A DNA stretch of 64,000 bases. Origin: Epiperipatus broadwayi (taxonomy: Eukaryota > Animalia > Onychophora). The notes under the pieces are model-generated. The model searched no databases, was not told the DNA's origin, and worked only from the letters and a program-made list of their open reading frames with translations. The DNA is taken from positions 6,138,001 through 6,202,000 of the forward strand of contig JAQFVV010000006.1 of assembly GCA_028023455.1 (NCBI GenBank), written 5' to 3'. A program made the position numbers and the translations under genes. Shown here piece by piece: positions 51,925 through 63,930 of the stretch (position 1 is its first letter; each line of letters opens with the position of its first letter).

Positions 51925-52375
51925 CTATATTTGACTTTATAATACCTCTCCTATTCTTCAAACACTCTTATACTGAAAAATAAAAAACGTTTTTACTTTT
52001 TCCCAAGCTTGATCAAACTACAACCACGTGTGTACTAACGTTAGGCCTTTTATCTGAAAATAAATGCCTAATTTAAAATTTAAAAAACCTTCAGTAACAA
52101 ACTTAACTAAAACAACTTAAACTTACATACATTTTTTTATAAATACCTCTTTATAATACCTCTCCTATTCTTCAAACACCCTTATACAGAAAAATAAAAA
52201 CTTTTTTACTTTTTCCCAAACCTGATCAAAACTATACCCACATGTCTTCTAACGTTAGGCCTCCCAAACAAACGTTGCCTTTTTTCTCAAAACAAATACC
52301 TATTTTAAAATTCAAAAAACCTTCAGTAACAAACTTAACTAAAACAAATTAAACTTACATACAACTTTTTTATAA
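51925..52375 (-). repeat. Two about 220-bp monomers in the LINE 5' UTR
   Basis: ataatacctctcctattcttcaaacac...ctaacgttaggcc...aaccttcagtaacaaacttaactaaaacaa occurs twice. Confidence 0.85.
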
Positions 52376-52620
52376 ATATCCTTATGCTATCACACATTCA
52401 ACAAGAACAACTTTTTAAAAAAAAAAACTTCTAACCCTAAAATGGTGAATGAAAATCTTTCAGACAGTTAAACACAAAAATTTTCAATCTTTCAAATAAC
52501 TCACTCTCTTGATCACAATTTATACTTTCATTCACAATAATTATTTTTTATATTACTGCTCTCAAAAGATCAATCTCACACACAAAGAAAAATAGAACCA
52601 AATAAAATTTTAAAAATACC

Positions 52621-52808
52621 CAACTCTCCCTACTGTAGTGCCACCAAGTGCAAGGCTTTGTAATCAATGAATGTAGGAATCCTTATCTAGTGCTTACTCA
52701 TTCAACATTCCTAAACTAGTTTCTAGCTTGTGGCTTTCATCAGTGAGGAACCTTGAATTTGAGAGCACTGCACCTAGACTTTAGCATATGTAATGGTGAT
52801 CATGTGAT
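52621..52808 (-). mobile_element. Family A copy abutting the LINE 5' end
   Basis: caactctccctactgtagtgccacc...catcagtgaggaacc...gcactgcacctaga...ggtgatcatgtgat. Confidence 0.82.
52708..52750 (-). ncRNA. Family A hammerhead variant (stem II AGC/GCU, GUU triplet, bulged stem I)
   Basis: UUCCUCA CUGAUGA A AGC-CACAA-GCU A GAAA CUAG UU^ UAGGAA; core nucleotides intact. Confidence 0.55.
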
Positions 52809-53870
52809 AATCTATTTTTATTGGTTAATCCGTCCTCTTTTATTTTCTTATTTAAAATATACATCAGTTTAGTAATTCTTTTTCTTTTATTGCTAAAATG
52901 TCACTAGAAATTATCTCATGTTCAAATGTATTAGATAAAAATCTTAACAGAAATTAATTGTGACTAGCTAATGTCCCTTATAAGATGTAATTATAATACA
53001 AAATATAAAAAACAACTTGTATACTAATCATGAATTAAATACAAATATGATCTAAAACGGAAAAATAAAAGCATTTTACTACAAATAAGCTTATTATTTT
53101 ATACCTATCTACCGAATTTATTTTTATTTTAATTTTAAATGTACTAATGAAGTTATGAAGTGTGTGTGTGTATATACTGTGTATACATGTTGAAAACAGC
53201 AGTATGATAGATATATGTGTGTGTGTAAAATGCATATTATAGTTTCTTGCTATCTGTAAAGTCCAGTATCAATACTATGATGTTTGAAACCAAATATTAT
53301 CAATATGGAAGGAGGAAGAGATTATACATAATATAGAATAATGTAACTTCCCAAAATCAATCAATAGTCAATAATAAGATAGGCATAAAATAACAAAGAA
53401 ATGACAAAATGTATTTAATTCTTGCTATACTGAGATTGGAATGATAAATGAAACTTGTTTCATAGCATATTCCTATACCAACTTCGGACAAAGAGGATTA
53501 AATCAGCAGAAAGATGTGAATAGTCCTACAGGATTTAAGGTCATCTTATAATCAGTTCTACAACATAAGACTCTTTCAGTAATGTTTCAATAAACTTTTA
53601 TTATCATCTGACATAAATTATGTAATAATGACATTATCTGAAATCAGACATCAATATCAAAAAAAAAACCCATCAACTCCATCATTAATTATACTTGGGA
53701 ATTCCATTTCAATTAAAAAATTTTGCTCGAAGAAATTATCCCAGTAATAAAAAATGAAAAAGGTAGATATTAATGGCCAATTGGTTGTTTTGTCTGCAAC
53801 TTTGATGATCAAGCATGGCCTGGACTTTATATTACAATAAAAATCATTAAATGATCAATGTTTTTATATA

Positions 53871-53954
53871 TATCAAAGCATTGACTGGGAAGCGAACCCG
53901 GGCCAGCTGCGTGGAAGGCAGCTATGCTAATTGCTAGGCCACCAATGCTTGACA
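53871..53954 (-). mobile_element. tRNA-Gly-derived short repeat (TCC retained)
   Basis: gcattggtggcctagcaattagcatagctgccttccacgcagctggcccgggttcgcttcccagtcaatgc. Confidence 0.78.
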
Positions 53955-54339
53955 AAATTATCAATGTTATTTTCTTATAGGGTGATGCAAATGTTTTTAT
54001 GACATGTAGATGGATGCACCTGTCTTTCAAGCTTGATATCCTAAGTTTGAATTTGGCAGATAAAACTTGAACATTTGTTTATCAGATTTCAAACAATCTT
54101 AAGACATTTTTGATCTTGATAATTCATCTAGTAGTTTAATCATCAGTTGATAATTGGGTATCTAGACATTCTTGGCCAGTGGGTATTCTAAAGTTGAAAA
54201 ACAAACTGATGGAAATCTGATGATTCTTCTCAGGAAGTGGAACTGTTGGAAAGTTTTCACCTTTAAATAGGCTACTTGAAAAGATATTATCTATTACATA
54301 TGAATTGGACCAATTTAATTTCTGGAGTGCATCTTCATA

Positions 54340-55010
54340 AAATATACATGTGAAAGTGTACACTATTGGCTATTTTTGCCTTCAAAGGAGTCCCTTTGTG
54401 TATCTATATACTGATTAAAATGGTGTTCTCATTTCTGGAAGCACATCTGAAATTCATTTCAGGAATACTGTTGGGCAGTTTTCTCACATTCTGTTGGTGT
54501 GTTAGTTATAATAAAAAATCTTCCTTTCAGTACAAGTGTTTAATTTTGGAAATAACCAAATATCACAGGGAGCTAAGTCTGGTGAATAGGTCGAATAGAC
54601 TAGTTGTGTAATTGATTTTTTGACCTCAACGTCTCTCCAAATGAACGCATCACTACTTGGAGTGTTGTTCATTTGTCAAGATTGAAATAACAAAGTTTGC
54701 AAAAATCAATTCTTTATTTAAAATCAACTGTTTCTCGATTAAATTTGTAATTCTTCACCAATCGATATCACACTTAATCATCTGTCAGACCATTTTGCTT
54801 CTCATTCTCATGCGTTGTTAATATTAACATCAGTCATTGCTGTTTTTGGCTGTCAGCTTCTGGGATCATCCGTTTTATCTTATTGCCCATATTTGAACAT
54901 TCTCCACCATATATCACTTATATTGCTCAAAATTTTGATCATCCATTTTTATATCAAAGTGTCCACATGGATAATTATTATTTTCTCAAAATCTAACTAA
55001 TATCTAGACC
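54340..55010 (-). mobile_element. Mariner relic
   Basis: Minus-strand YSPDLAPCDIWLFPKLK at about 54540-54590 (mariner YSPDLAP motif) and W.RMFKYG...DDPRS.QPKT..TD.NI at about 54820-54910. Confidence 0.75.
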
Positions 55011-55189
55011 TGTCCACTTAAAAATTACACGTGACAGCTTAAACATGTTAAACATAAATACCTATGTGATTTCAATATAATTAGATCACTCTATCAGTTT
55101 AAAATTTACACACATGTGAGCTTAAACATATTTAAACACAAATACATATGTGTTTTCAATTCAATCAGATCATGGGGGATATCACGTGG

Positions 55190-55900
55190 CCATTTCGAGG
55201 AATTGAATTGCCATAGCTCATATATTGTACCCAAAATAATACTTATGATATAATGAACTTCCAATGTGCATGTCTTAAGAATAATTTACAAGTCAGTCTT
55301 TCCAGAGACTTTCAAACAAATTTGCAAATAATGCCGCCTTTCCTATCATTGTTAATCTATCACTCAGACAAAAAATAATTCCTCTTGTCTAATGTGCAAT
55401 GGAAGTTTATTATTTTATAAATATCATTATATATTTTCAGCGATGCATATACAGAAGCATTTATTCATTCAGAGAGTTGTTGGAAATGTATACAAACAGC
55501 CTATTTTAGATAATATTTATTTTCCTATTAAATTGATTTAGACTAATTTTTTTTTATAATTTAAATGACAAATTAATAGTTCTGAAAAATAAATAGTAAA
55601 TAATAACACAGCCATGTTCAGCTGAGAAATCCAACCTATGCATCCAGTAGGTTGAGTGTAACTCAACTGGTTTTTTTTATTAGACCAACCCCACCCTGCC
55701 ACTGACTTTCTATTCAGTGGTATGGTTGGATCTACATCAATCATGTTAATTGATTGGTATGATGATGTTGGACTTTCTGCAACTTCTGCAGGAAATAGGC
55801 TTAATGCATCTACATGAGGGATATGCCTTCCCTCGATGTATTGAAAGATAGAGTCATAGCCTGACAGGAAATTGAACAACCACAGCATTCATGGTGAGAC
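55190..55900 (-). mobile_element. Possible Ty3/Gypsy pol remnant (RNase H end / integrase start)
   Basis: FLSGYDSIFQYIEGRHIPHVDALS resembles the LSEYDF.I.Y.PG..N..ADALSR motif; the rest is highly degraded. Confidence 0.5.
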
Positions 55901-55997
55901 ATGTTGTGGGATTTCCTTATCAGATGCAAAGATCCCCACAAGTGCATCTGATTACTTTCAACATCCGCTTTAAAAAAGGAATACTTGCTATTTAATA

Positions 55998-56593
55998 TCT
56001 TATTAAACAATTCAAAACAAAACAACACTCTCCGTATAGTAGTGCCATCTTGTGCTAACAAGAGCAATCAATGGATGCCAGAAGGCTTGTGCATAAAATC
56101 CCTATCTAGTGCCTACTCATCCAATATCCCCAGACTAGTTTCTGGCTTGTGGCCTTCATCAGTGAGGAGCCTTGGATCTGGGAGCACTGCACCTAGATCT
56201 TAGGATCTAATGCAACCCTCCAGCACCCACCTTTTAACTCTATTTAACTACAAAACTATGAGAATGAAATTGAAAACACTATTAATATTTTCAATCCAAG
56301 CTCAATAGCTTATATAGTCATATGGGTCTGAACTCAATTCAGTACCCATACATTTTGGTGTCTTTGGCTCTTTAACAACCATAGCCACCACTATCCTATT
56401 AGGCAGGATTGGTGTTAAACCACTAAACATCACATGATCACTATCTCATACTAGCACAATAATTGTTATTAAACAATTCAAAACAAAACAACACTCTCCA
56501 TATGGCACTACTATATGGAGAGTGTTGTTTTGTTTTGAATTGTTTAATAACAATTATTGTGCTAGTATGAGATAGTGATCATGTGATGTTTAG
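55998..56593 (-). mobile_element. Family A non-coding hammerhead repeat: one full 466-bp monomer plus overlap, capped by a perfect 81-bp inverted repeat
   Basis: ttattaaacaattcaaaacaaaacaacactctcc occurs at 56000 and 56466 (period 466); arms 56423-56503 and 56513-56593 are exact reverse complements. Confidence 0.85.
56127..56168 (-). ncRNA. Minimal type I hammerhead ribozyme (family A), identical to 2328-2369
   Basis: Same 42 nt: tccccagactagtttctggcttgtggccttcatcagtgagga on the + strand. Confidence 0.75.
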
Positions 56594-57636
56594 GTATTTA
56601 ATATCTTCTATAGATGAAATGAGCTTATATTTAACATAAAATTAGGGTTACTGAAATTTGTTACCTGGATTAGTGTTAGATTTATATAAGGATATAAGTA
56701 CACAAGGATTAACAGAGTAATCATCTAAGATGTAATTATTGTGAAAACTATAATATATTGTTCTGAAGCAAATAGGATGCATATTCTGATCCTAATATAG
56801 TTTTAACTGATTACTTTTGATTTGTTCCAGATAAATGTTTTAACACCGTATGAAATATCCATATCTTTTTCTACCTCATTATCATGCTTTTTTTAAACAT
56901 TTGCATATTCTCAAAGCGTATGACCATTCGTGAGTTCAAACTCAACTCAATATCCAATTACAATAATTTTCTGTCAACCATAAACATACTTTGTCATGAT
57001 ATATATATATATAGAAAAAACGTAAATATATATATAGTGAATAACTATTTTTGGAATATTTCTTCTTTAACTATCTACTCTTTTTTTTTTTTTGATAAAA
57101 TAATTTAATAATTTTATCTAAAAACGGCAAAGACATTTGATCGATATCCTAAAATAAAACCTAGTAAATTATCAATGATATTTTTTGTAAATTGATTTAA
57201 ACAATACTATCCAAATATTATATTTCACTCGTAAAAAATATTAATAAAAATTTCGTTTTATAAAAAATATATAAATCATAGAAAAGTTATAAATAAGTCT
57301 TTAGCCTTAATTAAACAACATATTTTTTTTTAAATTGAAACAAAAAATAATTTAAATATATAGTATTTGCAGCAGCTATATGTTGTACTTTTCCCATAAT
57401 CTACATATATTTAAAAAAGATGTTTCACGTGATATAATAATCTCTAGCCAAATAAATGATTGGTAGTGGACGGTACCAAAGTTGTGACTGTAGAATGTTT
57501 GACACTAATAAATTAAATTGGTACTAATTAATAAATTTTACCAATTTTTATTTCCACTTTATCTTTTAATTTAATACACTGTACAGGCTTACACACACCT
57601 GCACATGATTGCTGTTTTAGCATGAAATACGAATAC

Positions 57637-58005
57637 TGGTGATTATTTATATTTTCAACATGTGTGTGATCAGGTGCATTAGCAATATGAGATGGCTTGG
57701 AGAATTGAGGGTCATGTAAAAGTCTGAGTTTGAACCCCTAATTTTAAGTAAAAAAATAGGATTACTATCATATTTACTTGCTCCAAATCACATATTGAGT
57801 TAGTATATTGGTCTTGAGTTAGTATATTGGTGATTATTTATCTTTTCAACATGTGTGTGATCAGGTGGGTCAGCAATATGAGATGGCTTGGAGAGTTGAG
57901 GGTCATGTGAAAGTCTAGTTCGAACCCCTATATATTAAACACTTTTAAATAAAAAGATAGGATTACCATCATGTTTACTTGATCCAAATCACATCTTGAG
58001 TTAGT
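57637..58005. repeat. About 190-bp tandem duplication with a B-box-like motif
   Basis: tggtgattattta...tgtgtgtgatcaggtg...gagggtcatgt..aagtct..gtt(t/c)gaacccc at 57637 and 57828. Confidence 0.75.
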
Positions 58006-60439
58006 TTAATTTTGACATACTTCCAAAGATAATAATTCAGTATTAACTTGTGGAGGGGAAGAGGGCTTAAAATTGCCAATTAGACAAATAAACATATAGA
58101 TATACCTACAAGTATCACATCATGGAAAGCAGAAATGAATAGAAAGACATAATCACTGTCAAACAATGAAATTTAATGACCAAATTCCATTATATTCACT
58201 GGAGAATCGCCAAATGTTTTCATGTTAGACACATGATTACTTATTTAGACCGATATTTCATTGCTAATGAATCTAGATACTCAATATGTGCTGATTGTAA
58301 AAATGAAAAATGTGTAATATGATGTAACTTTCACTTCCAATGTGATAGGAGGGGCCACATTCCCACAAGTACTAGCCTATGATTTCCTTTATTGATTTCA
58401 AAATGTTGGATTTTAACCATGGCCAGTGTTTATTCTAATCATTATAATAATAATAGTTTTAAAATCCCCATTAACCAATAATTCTTTTCTTCATTGATGT
58501 GGACTTGCCTTAAGCTCTCAACAATAAACTTTTTCAAACTACAAAGCTCTCTAAACAAGGTTCGGCAATATAGATGACCAATGAAATAACAATAATGCAA
58601 ATAAACAGCCAATAACACAAACAGGACAACTAGGGAACCATTCAATAAATCTTATTGTTTATAGCAAGGTAAAATATCTAGATAAGAACAGAGATCCATT
58701 TGAAAGAGAATATTGATCCATGGGTTACTGTATCACTTTCAAATCTGTAATTCACCAATTTTGAATTATTCTACAATAAATCACACTGTTTGCTATTTCC
58801 AGAAAGTAGTCAAACACATTCACATTCAAAGCAGAAACAGCCAAATAGCAAGTACTATCAAACCTTTCATGAGGCAAGCCAGGGTTGCTGGAAGTATTAG
58901 ATCTACTAGAGGGAACATGGCATTTCTTCACTACAATGGTTGTTTCTAGCAAACTAATCATTTATAATCTCATCAGATGTAATAGAAGCATTTTTGTGAC
59001 TTGTATTTTTGTAAATAGATTCAATAAATGTTATGACATTATTTTACTAATATCTCAATTATTTATTTTCTGGAGAAAAAAACAACTTCTGACAACAAAA
59101 CATATTTATATAACAGTCGTCCATCAATAGTTGATCTAAAATAATTCCTGAGACTAAACTTCTCATTAATCTTGTGAACACTGTGGTGCAAACATTCTAA
59201 AGTCAGCTTTTTAAGCATTAGCATATTTTATAAGTGAATATAGCCCTATATTTGAAGGGGAGAAATGTCCACACTAAACTTTTGGATATACAATAAAATA
59301 TTAAATTATATATCTTTTTATATATAAGTCCTAATTTTTTTGCGCAGACACATTTTACAATATTCTCTGTTGATAAATACATCAGTAATGATGAATAATT
59401 AATATGATTAGAGATTTATCATATTTTTAATCTAGATATAAAACTAAATTTGTTTAACCCACAATGGCTACCAGGTAGTTTTGTAACATTAATGATACCC
59501 CTTCTAAAAAAGTATTATTTTTATGCTTCCTAATTTGATTTGTTTTAATTATAAACACTATTTACAATAAGTACTATAATATATGTAATGACAAAGTGGA
59601 AGTAACTACCTCCCATGGAGGTACATAGTGTCCAAAACCAATGAAAAGATAAAATAATACCATTCTATCTTTAAGCTCTGTTATTATATAAGGTTAGTTT
59701 TTGATTTGGTTTTTAAATTATGTGGTAAATGTCTATTGTTTTAATTTATGTCCAGACTAAATGATCTGAAGTCACCATTAATATATTCAAAGGATGAAAA
59801 ATGAGACTTACTTTTAACAACCTTTAAATATTAAATGAAATATTAATTTTAATAAATGTAATAATAAATAAATAAACATAACTTCTAAATATTTGTAATT
59901 ACAAAATGGAAGTAACTCTCTCCCATGGAGTTATGTATAATTTAAAAACTACTTCATCTAAAATTATATAACAACAAAACCCAAAGATAGAATAGTACCA
60001 TTGGTTTTGAAGCTCCATAATTCCATGGCAGATAGTTACTTTCTCTTGCAAATACTAGAACTAATATTTCACTTAATGTTTAAAAGTTGTTAGAAGTAAA
60101 ACTAGTACTTTATCCTTTGAATATCTTAATTCTGATTGCAAAACCCTTAATCTGTACTTAAATCAAAACAACAGACAAAATTCATGGTATAGTTTAAAAA
60201 CAAAGTCAAATACTAAGCGTATATTATCACAGAGTTACAGCCTAAACGTAGAATGGTATCTTTTCAGTAGATTTTGATGCAATGCTAGGTATTTTCCTGA
60301 AGATTTGTGATAATGGTGTTCTAGTTGTATTTTTATACTGGACTATTTCCATCATCTAATATGAGTATTGAATGTCTTTAGAAAAATTTAACTTTTATTT
60401 AAATATTCCAAATACATTCAACTGTTAATAATAGCACAT

Positions 60440-60810
60440 ATAATAGGTTAGAATATGCACAATGTTTTGGGAGGTATTATTATCCCCTCTTCTTCAGGTG
60501 TTGCTGGCCTGACCAGTGACAGTATTAACATGGGATTCGAACCTCGAGTCTTAGATTGAGTATTGAATTTTAAGGTAACACTCTAATCAGCTGAACCATC
60601 CTTCCAAAGACAACAGTCAGTAGAAATTTCATATACTTATCTATGAGGTTCCTCCTGATTTCTCCATTATTTCCTAAGAGCAAAGTTGATTGGTGGTTTC
60701 CATACATTTTGTATAGTCACACTAGGTTGGCTTATGGGATTTTTGGCCATTGTCATGTGAGCAGCTTCTTTAAATTTTCTTCTTTGTACCTTTTCTTCTC
60801 CTTTGCATTT
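60440..60810 (-). mobile_element. Copy of Penelope-like family B
   Basis: Reverse complement aligns to 41510-41870, including the A/B-box segment and a decayed hammerhead (cacCTGAAGAagaggggataataatacctcccAAAAcattgtg). Confidence 0.82.
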
Positions 60811-61199
60811 ACAAATATTTAAAAGTTATGGTTATTTACTTATTATTATTATAATATTTGTATAAAAAAAATACAACCATAAAATTGAAAAAAAAAAATG
60901 AGGGGGGGGGATCTCTAAGTGGAATCGATTCATAGCTCTATTTTAGTAAAAAAAAAAAAAACGATTTATTTTTATAATAAATACATCTGGCTTCTATTAT
61001 TATAAGCATTATTTACAATAATTACCATAATATTTGAATTAAAAAAATGATCACTGATACAATTAATGGAGAAATAAAATTGATTTCATTTATATAATTA
61101 TCAATTGGGATGTGTTGCTTTCTTTTAGTAAAAGAACAATTTGTTTTTATAATAAAAACATTTGATTTTTATTATTATGAGCTTTATTTATGATAAGTA

Positions 61200-61690
61200 T
61201 TATAATCTTTAAATTAAACATTATGTGTTTGAAAAGGAAGGTTTTTAATAAATGTGTTTTACCAGTTCTTACTTATGGATCTGAGACTTGGACACTTAAT
61301 AGAAGAGCAATACAGAGACTTCAGACCATTCAAAGAAGTATGGAGAGATGCATGTTGGAAGTAACAAGAAGAGATTGAAAATGCAATATATGGGTAAGAG
61401 AACAAACAAATGTCACTGATCTCATTGGAAAAATTAAAAGACTGAAGTGGAGTCGGGCTGGACATATTGCTAGAAGAAATGATAATAGATGGACAATTAA
61501 AATCTTAAACTAGACTCCAAGAGATTGTAAAAGACCCAGAAAGTGACCGCATGTGAGATGGATGGATGAAATAAGAAAGTGTGCAGGGATGATGTGGAGA
61601 AGAGAAGCTAAAGATCGGAGAATATGGTTTGAACTTGGAGAGACCTTCATCCTGCAGTGGATTGATAATGCTTGCTGATGGTGATGATAT
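61200..61690 (+). mobile_element. RTE-clade LINE 3' fragment
   Basis: KVFNKCVLPVLTYGSETWTLN...QRSMERCML, then W..AGHIARR.DNRW and ETFILQW; ends gatggtgatgat. Confidence 0.88.
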
Positions 61691-63444
61691 GTAAACAAAG
61701 GGAGTATATCACACTTTTCCAGGCTATGAGTTAAAAGCACTCTAAATGTTAAACTAAGGATCAAGAATTCTGTATTCAACCTTTAGATTGATAAATATGA
61801 TAATAAATATTCTGTTATTTATATAGTGCACACCATATCTGTAATATTATAAAGAAAGAACAACCCCTCCAGTCATGCACTTTAAGAATTACCTTTCATT
61901 CTCCTGTGAGAATGACTTGAAAAACATAAGTGTATACACTTATATTTAGAGCTTATTTTGTATATAGGCCAGTCTTTGCTCACCATTCTGGTTCAGGCTT
62001 TGATTTCAGCATGGTGAGCCAAGACTGACTTATATACATAATAAGCTCTAAACATAAGCTTACACTTATGCTTTTCAAGTCAATGTTCACAGAAGAGTGC
62101 AAGGAGATTCTTAAAGAGCATGTGAAGAAGAATTGTTCCTTTTTATAATATGATAAATATTATATTTGTATAAAAAAAGTTTTAAAAAAAAACACAGATC
62201 ACAAAGTGTCAAAATAAAAATTGCTTACATTTAAACTACAACCGGTATAAGGCACCACTAAATCCCAAAAAGTAGCATATATCCTACAAAATTCAAACTA
62301 CTTTGATTTTTTTGAAATTGTTGTTTTTTTTCTTATATTATTTGTAATTAGTTGTCAAAAACATTTTTCCATTGGCCAAGGAACAAGTTTTTTCCATCTC
62401 TATTTATTAACAATAACTGAGCTAGCTTTTGGCTAGAAAAACCCAATTCGTAGCACTCTAGGGTGGCTGTGCACTCAGCTACTGTTAATAAATAGAGAGA
62501 CAGAATAATCTTTTTCCTTAGCCAACATTAAAAATGTCTTTGCCAACTAATATGATTTTTGCAAAATACGATATACCTAGGAAGGTTAAAAAATTCTATG
62601 AAAGGAAGGCATACAAATATGTATACCAGTATCACATACCAGTAGTAGTTGTTACAGGTTAATATATCCTTACTAAAGACAACCACAAGATATCATTAAG
62701 TTTCAAGTTTACATCTGGACTAAAAATCGCTTATGATAATCTCTAGCTTAATAAATAGTTAGTAAATAATCATTATAATGTATTTGTCTACAAAGATGTG
62801 TGTGTAAGAAAGCTGTAAAGTACATATTAAATTGTAATAATTTGATATTGAACAAAAATGTGAGAGGTTCTAGTCTGAATTCACTTAAGATTGCTGCCAG
62901 AAATGCATCTTGGGGTCAGTTAACTTTTTTAGATATCTTTATTCATATGTTTGAAGTATATCTTGTTTTGAGTATGTATATCTTTAAAAAGTATTATCAT
63001 ATAAATACTACCTTAAATACCCATGATGTTTTATCTATTGGTTTAAGAGCACACATAATTGCTGTGTTTATCTGCTTATAAATCAAATTCATCAGTCTTT
63101 GAATTATAAGAAAAAACTGCTTATAAATCAAATTCATCAGTCTTTGAATTATAAGAAAAAACAAAGATTTAAGTGTAGGTCCAGGTTCGATGTCCATACT
63201 AGTACTGTCACTGATCCGAACATCAACCCCCAAAGAAGAGAAATGAATAATACCACTTGAAATATATTGCATATACTGAACTATATGCTATTATTAAAAG
63301 TTGAATGTAATTGCAAAATTTAAATAAGGTTTAAAATTTTCTAAAGACATGCAATATTTAATATGAGATGATGGAAATAGTCCAAATATAGATACAACTA
63401 AAGTGTAACCATCACAAATTGTCATGCGAACAATAAGTAAGGAC

Positions 63445-63930
63445 TATTAATAATTTTTATTAGTCATTCATAAGACTAAAGATTATCCACTTAATGAATA
63501 ATATTTCTATAAGGTAATTTTCACTACAAGGTAGGGACTGGTTTCTAACCGTTTTCAACATCTTGTGGAGAGGTGTAATTATAAATATATGACTAAAGAC
63601 ATGTAAAGATGTATGATGTTCATTTCATGCTAAACCAGTACTCATCAGTAGGCCCAGATCACAATCTCTTACACATATCTTTATTATTGTTCAGTATATG
63701 TATAGAGCCAATTATTACTGTTTAATTGATAAGTGTCAAATTTTCTGCCCTTACAACTTTGACACAAACCACCTAATGAAAGTATATTAATTTTTATTAG
63801 TCATTCGTTAGACTAGAGATTATCCTTAATGAATAATATTTGCTATTAAAAGCAGATAGAGAGCAGGCCTTACCTTGCATAAGAGTGGCGTAATGAAAAT
63901 TACTCTACAGAAATATTATTTATTAAATAA
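63445..63930. mobile_element. Family E: 337-bp unit plus overlap and a short inverted tip
   Basis: ttagtcattc at 63460 and 63797; hammerhead-like CUGAUGA..GAAA on the minus strand at about 63612-63650. Confidence 0.75.

Larger units (their letters stand above)
47285..52620 (-). mobile_element. Near full-length, decayed non-LTR retrotransposon (LINE) with PHD/SGNH ORF1 and APE-RT ORF2; clade uncertain (RTEX/CR1/L2-type architecture)
   Basis: Contiguous minus-strand ORF pieces from 51899 to about 47385, a purine-rich sense strand from about 52620, tandem 5' UTR monomers and a short CAT/CAAC-type 3' tail near 47285. The 3' end recurs in three other places in the window. Boundaries approximate; no TSD identified. 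Confidence 0.9.

Noticed and set aside
55985-56203. Recurring short ORF ...NQWMPEGLCIKSLSSAYSSNIPRLVS... (also 18366-18560)
   Set aside because: It is the antisense reading of the family A hammerhead repeat; not preserved as an open frame in most copies and has no recognisable protein motif.
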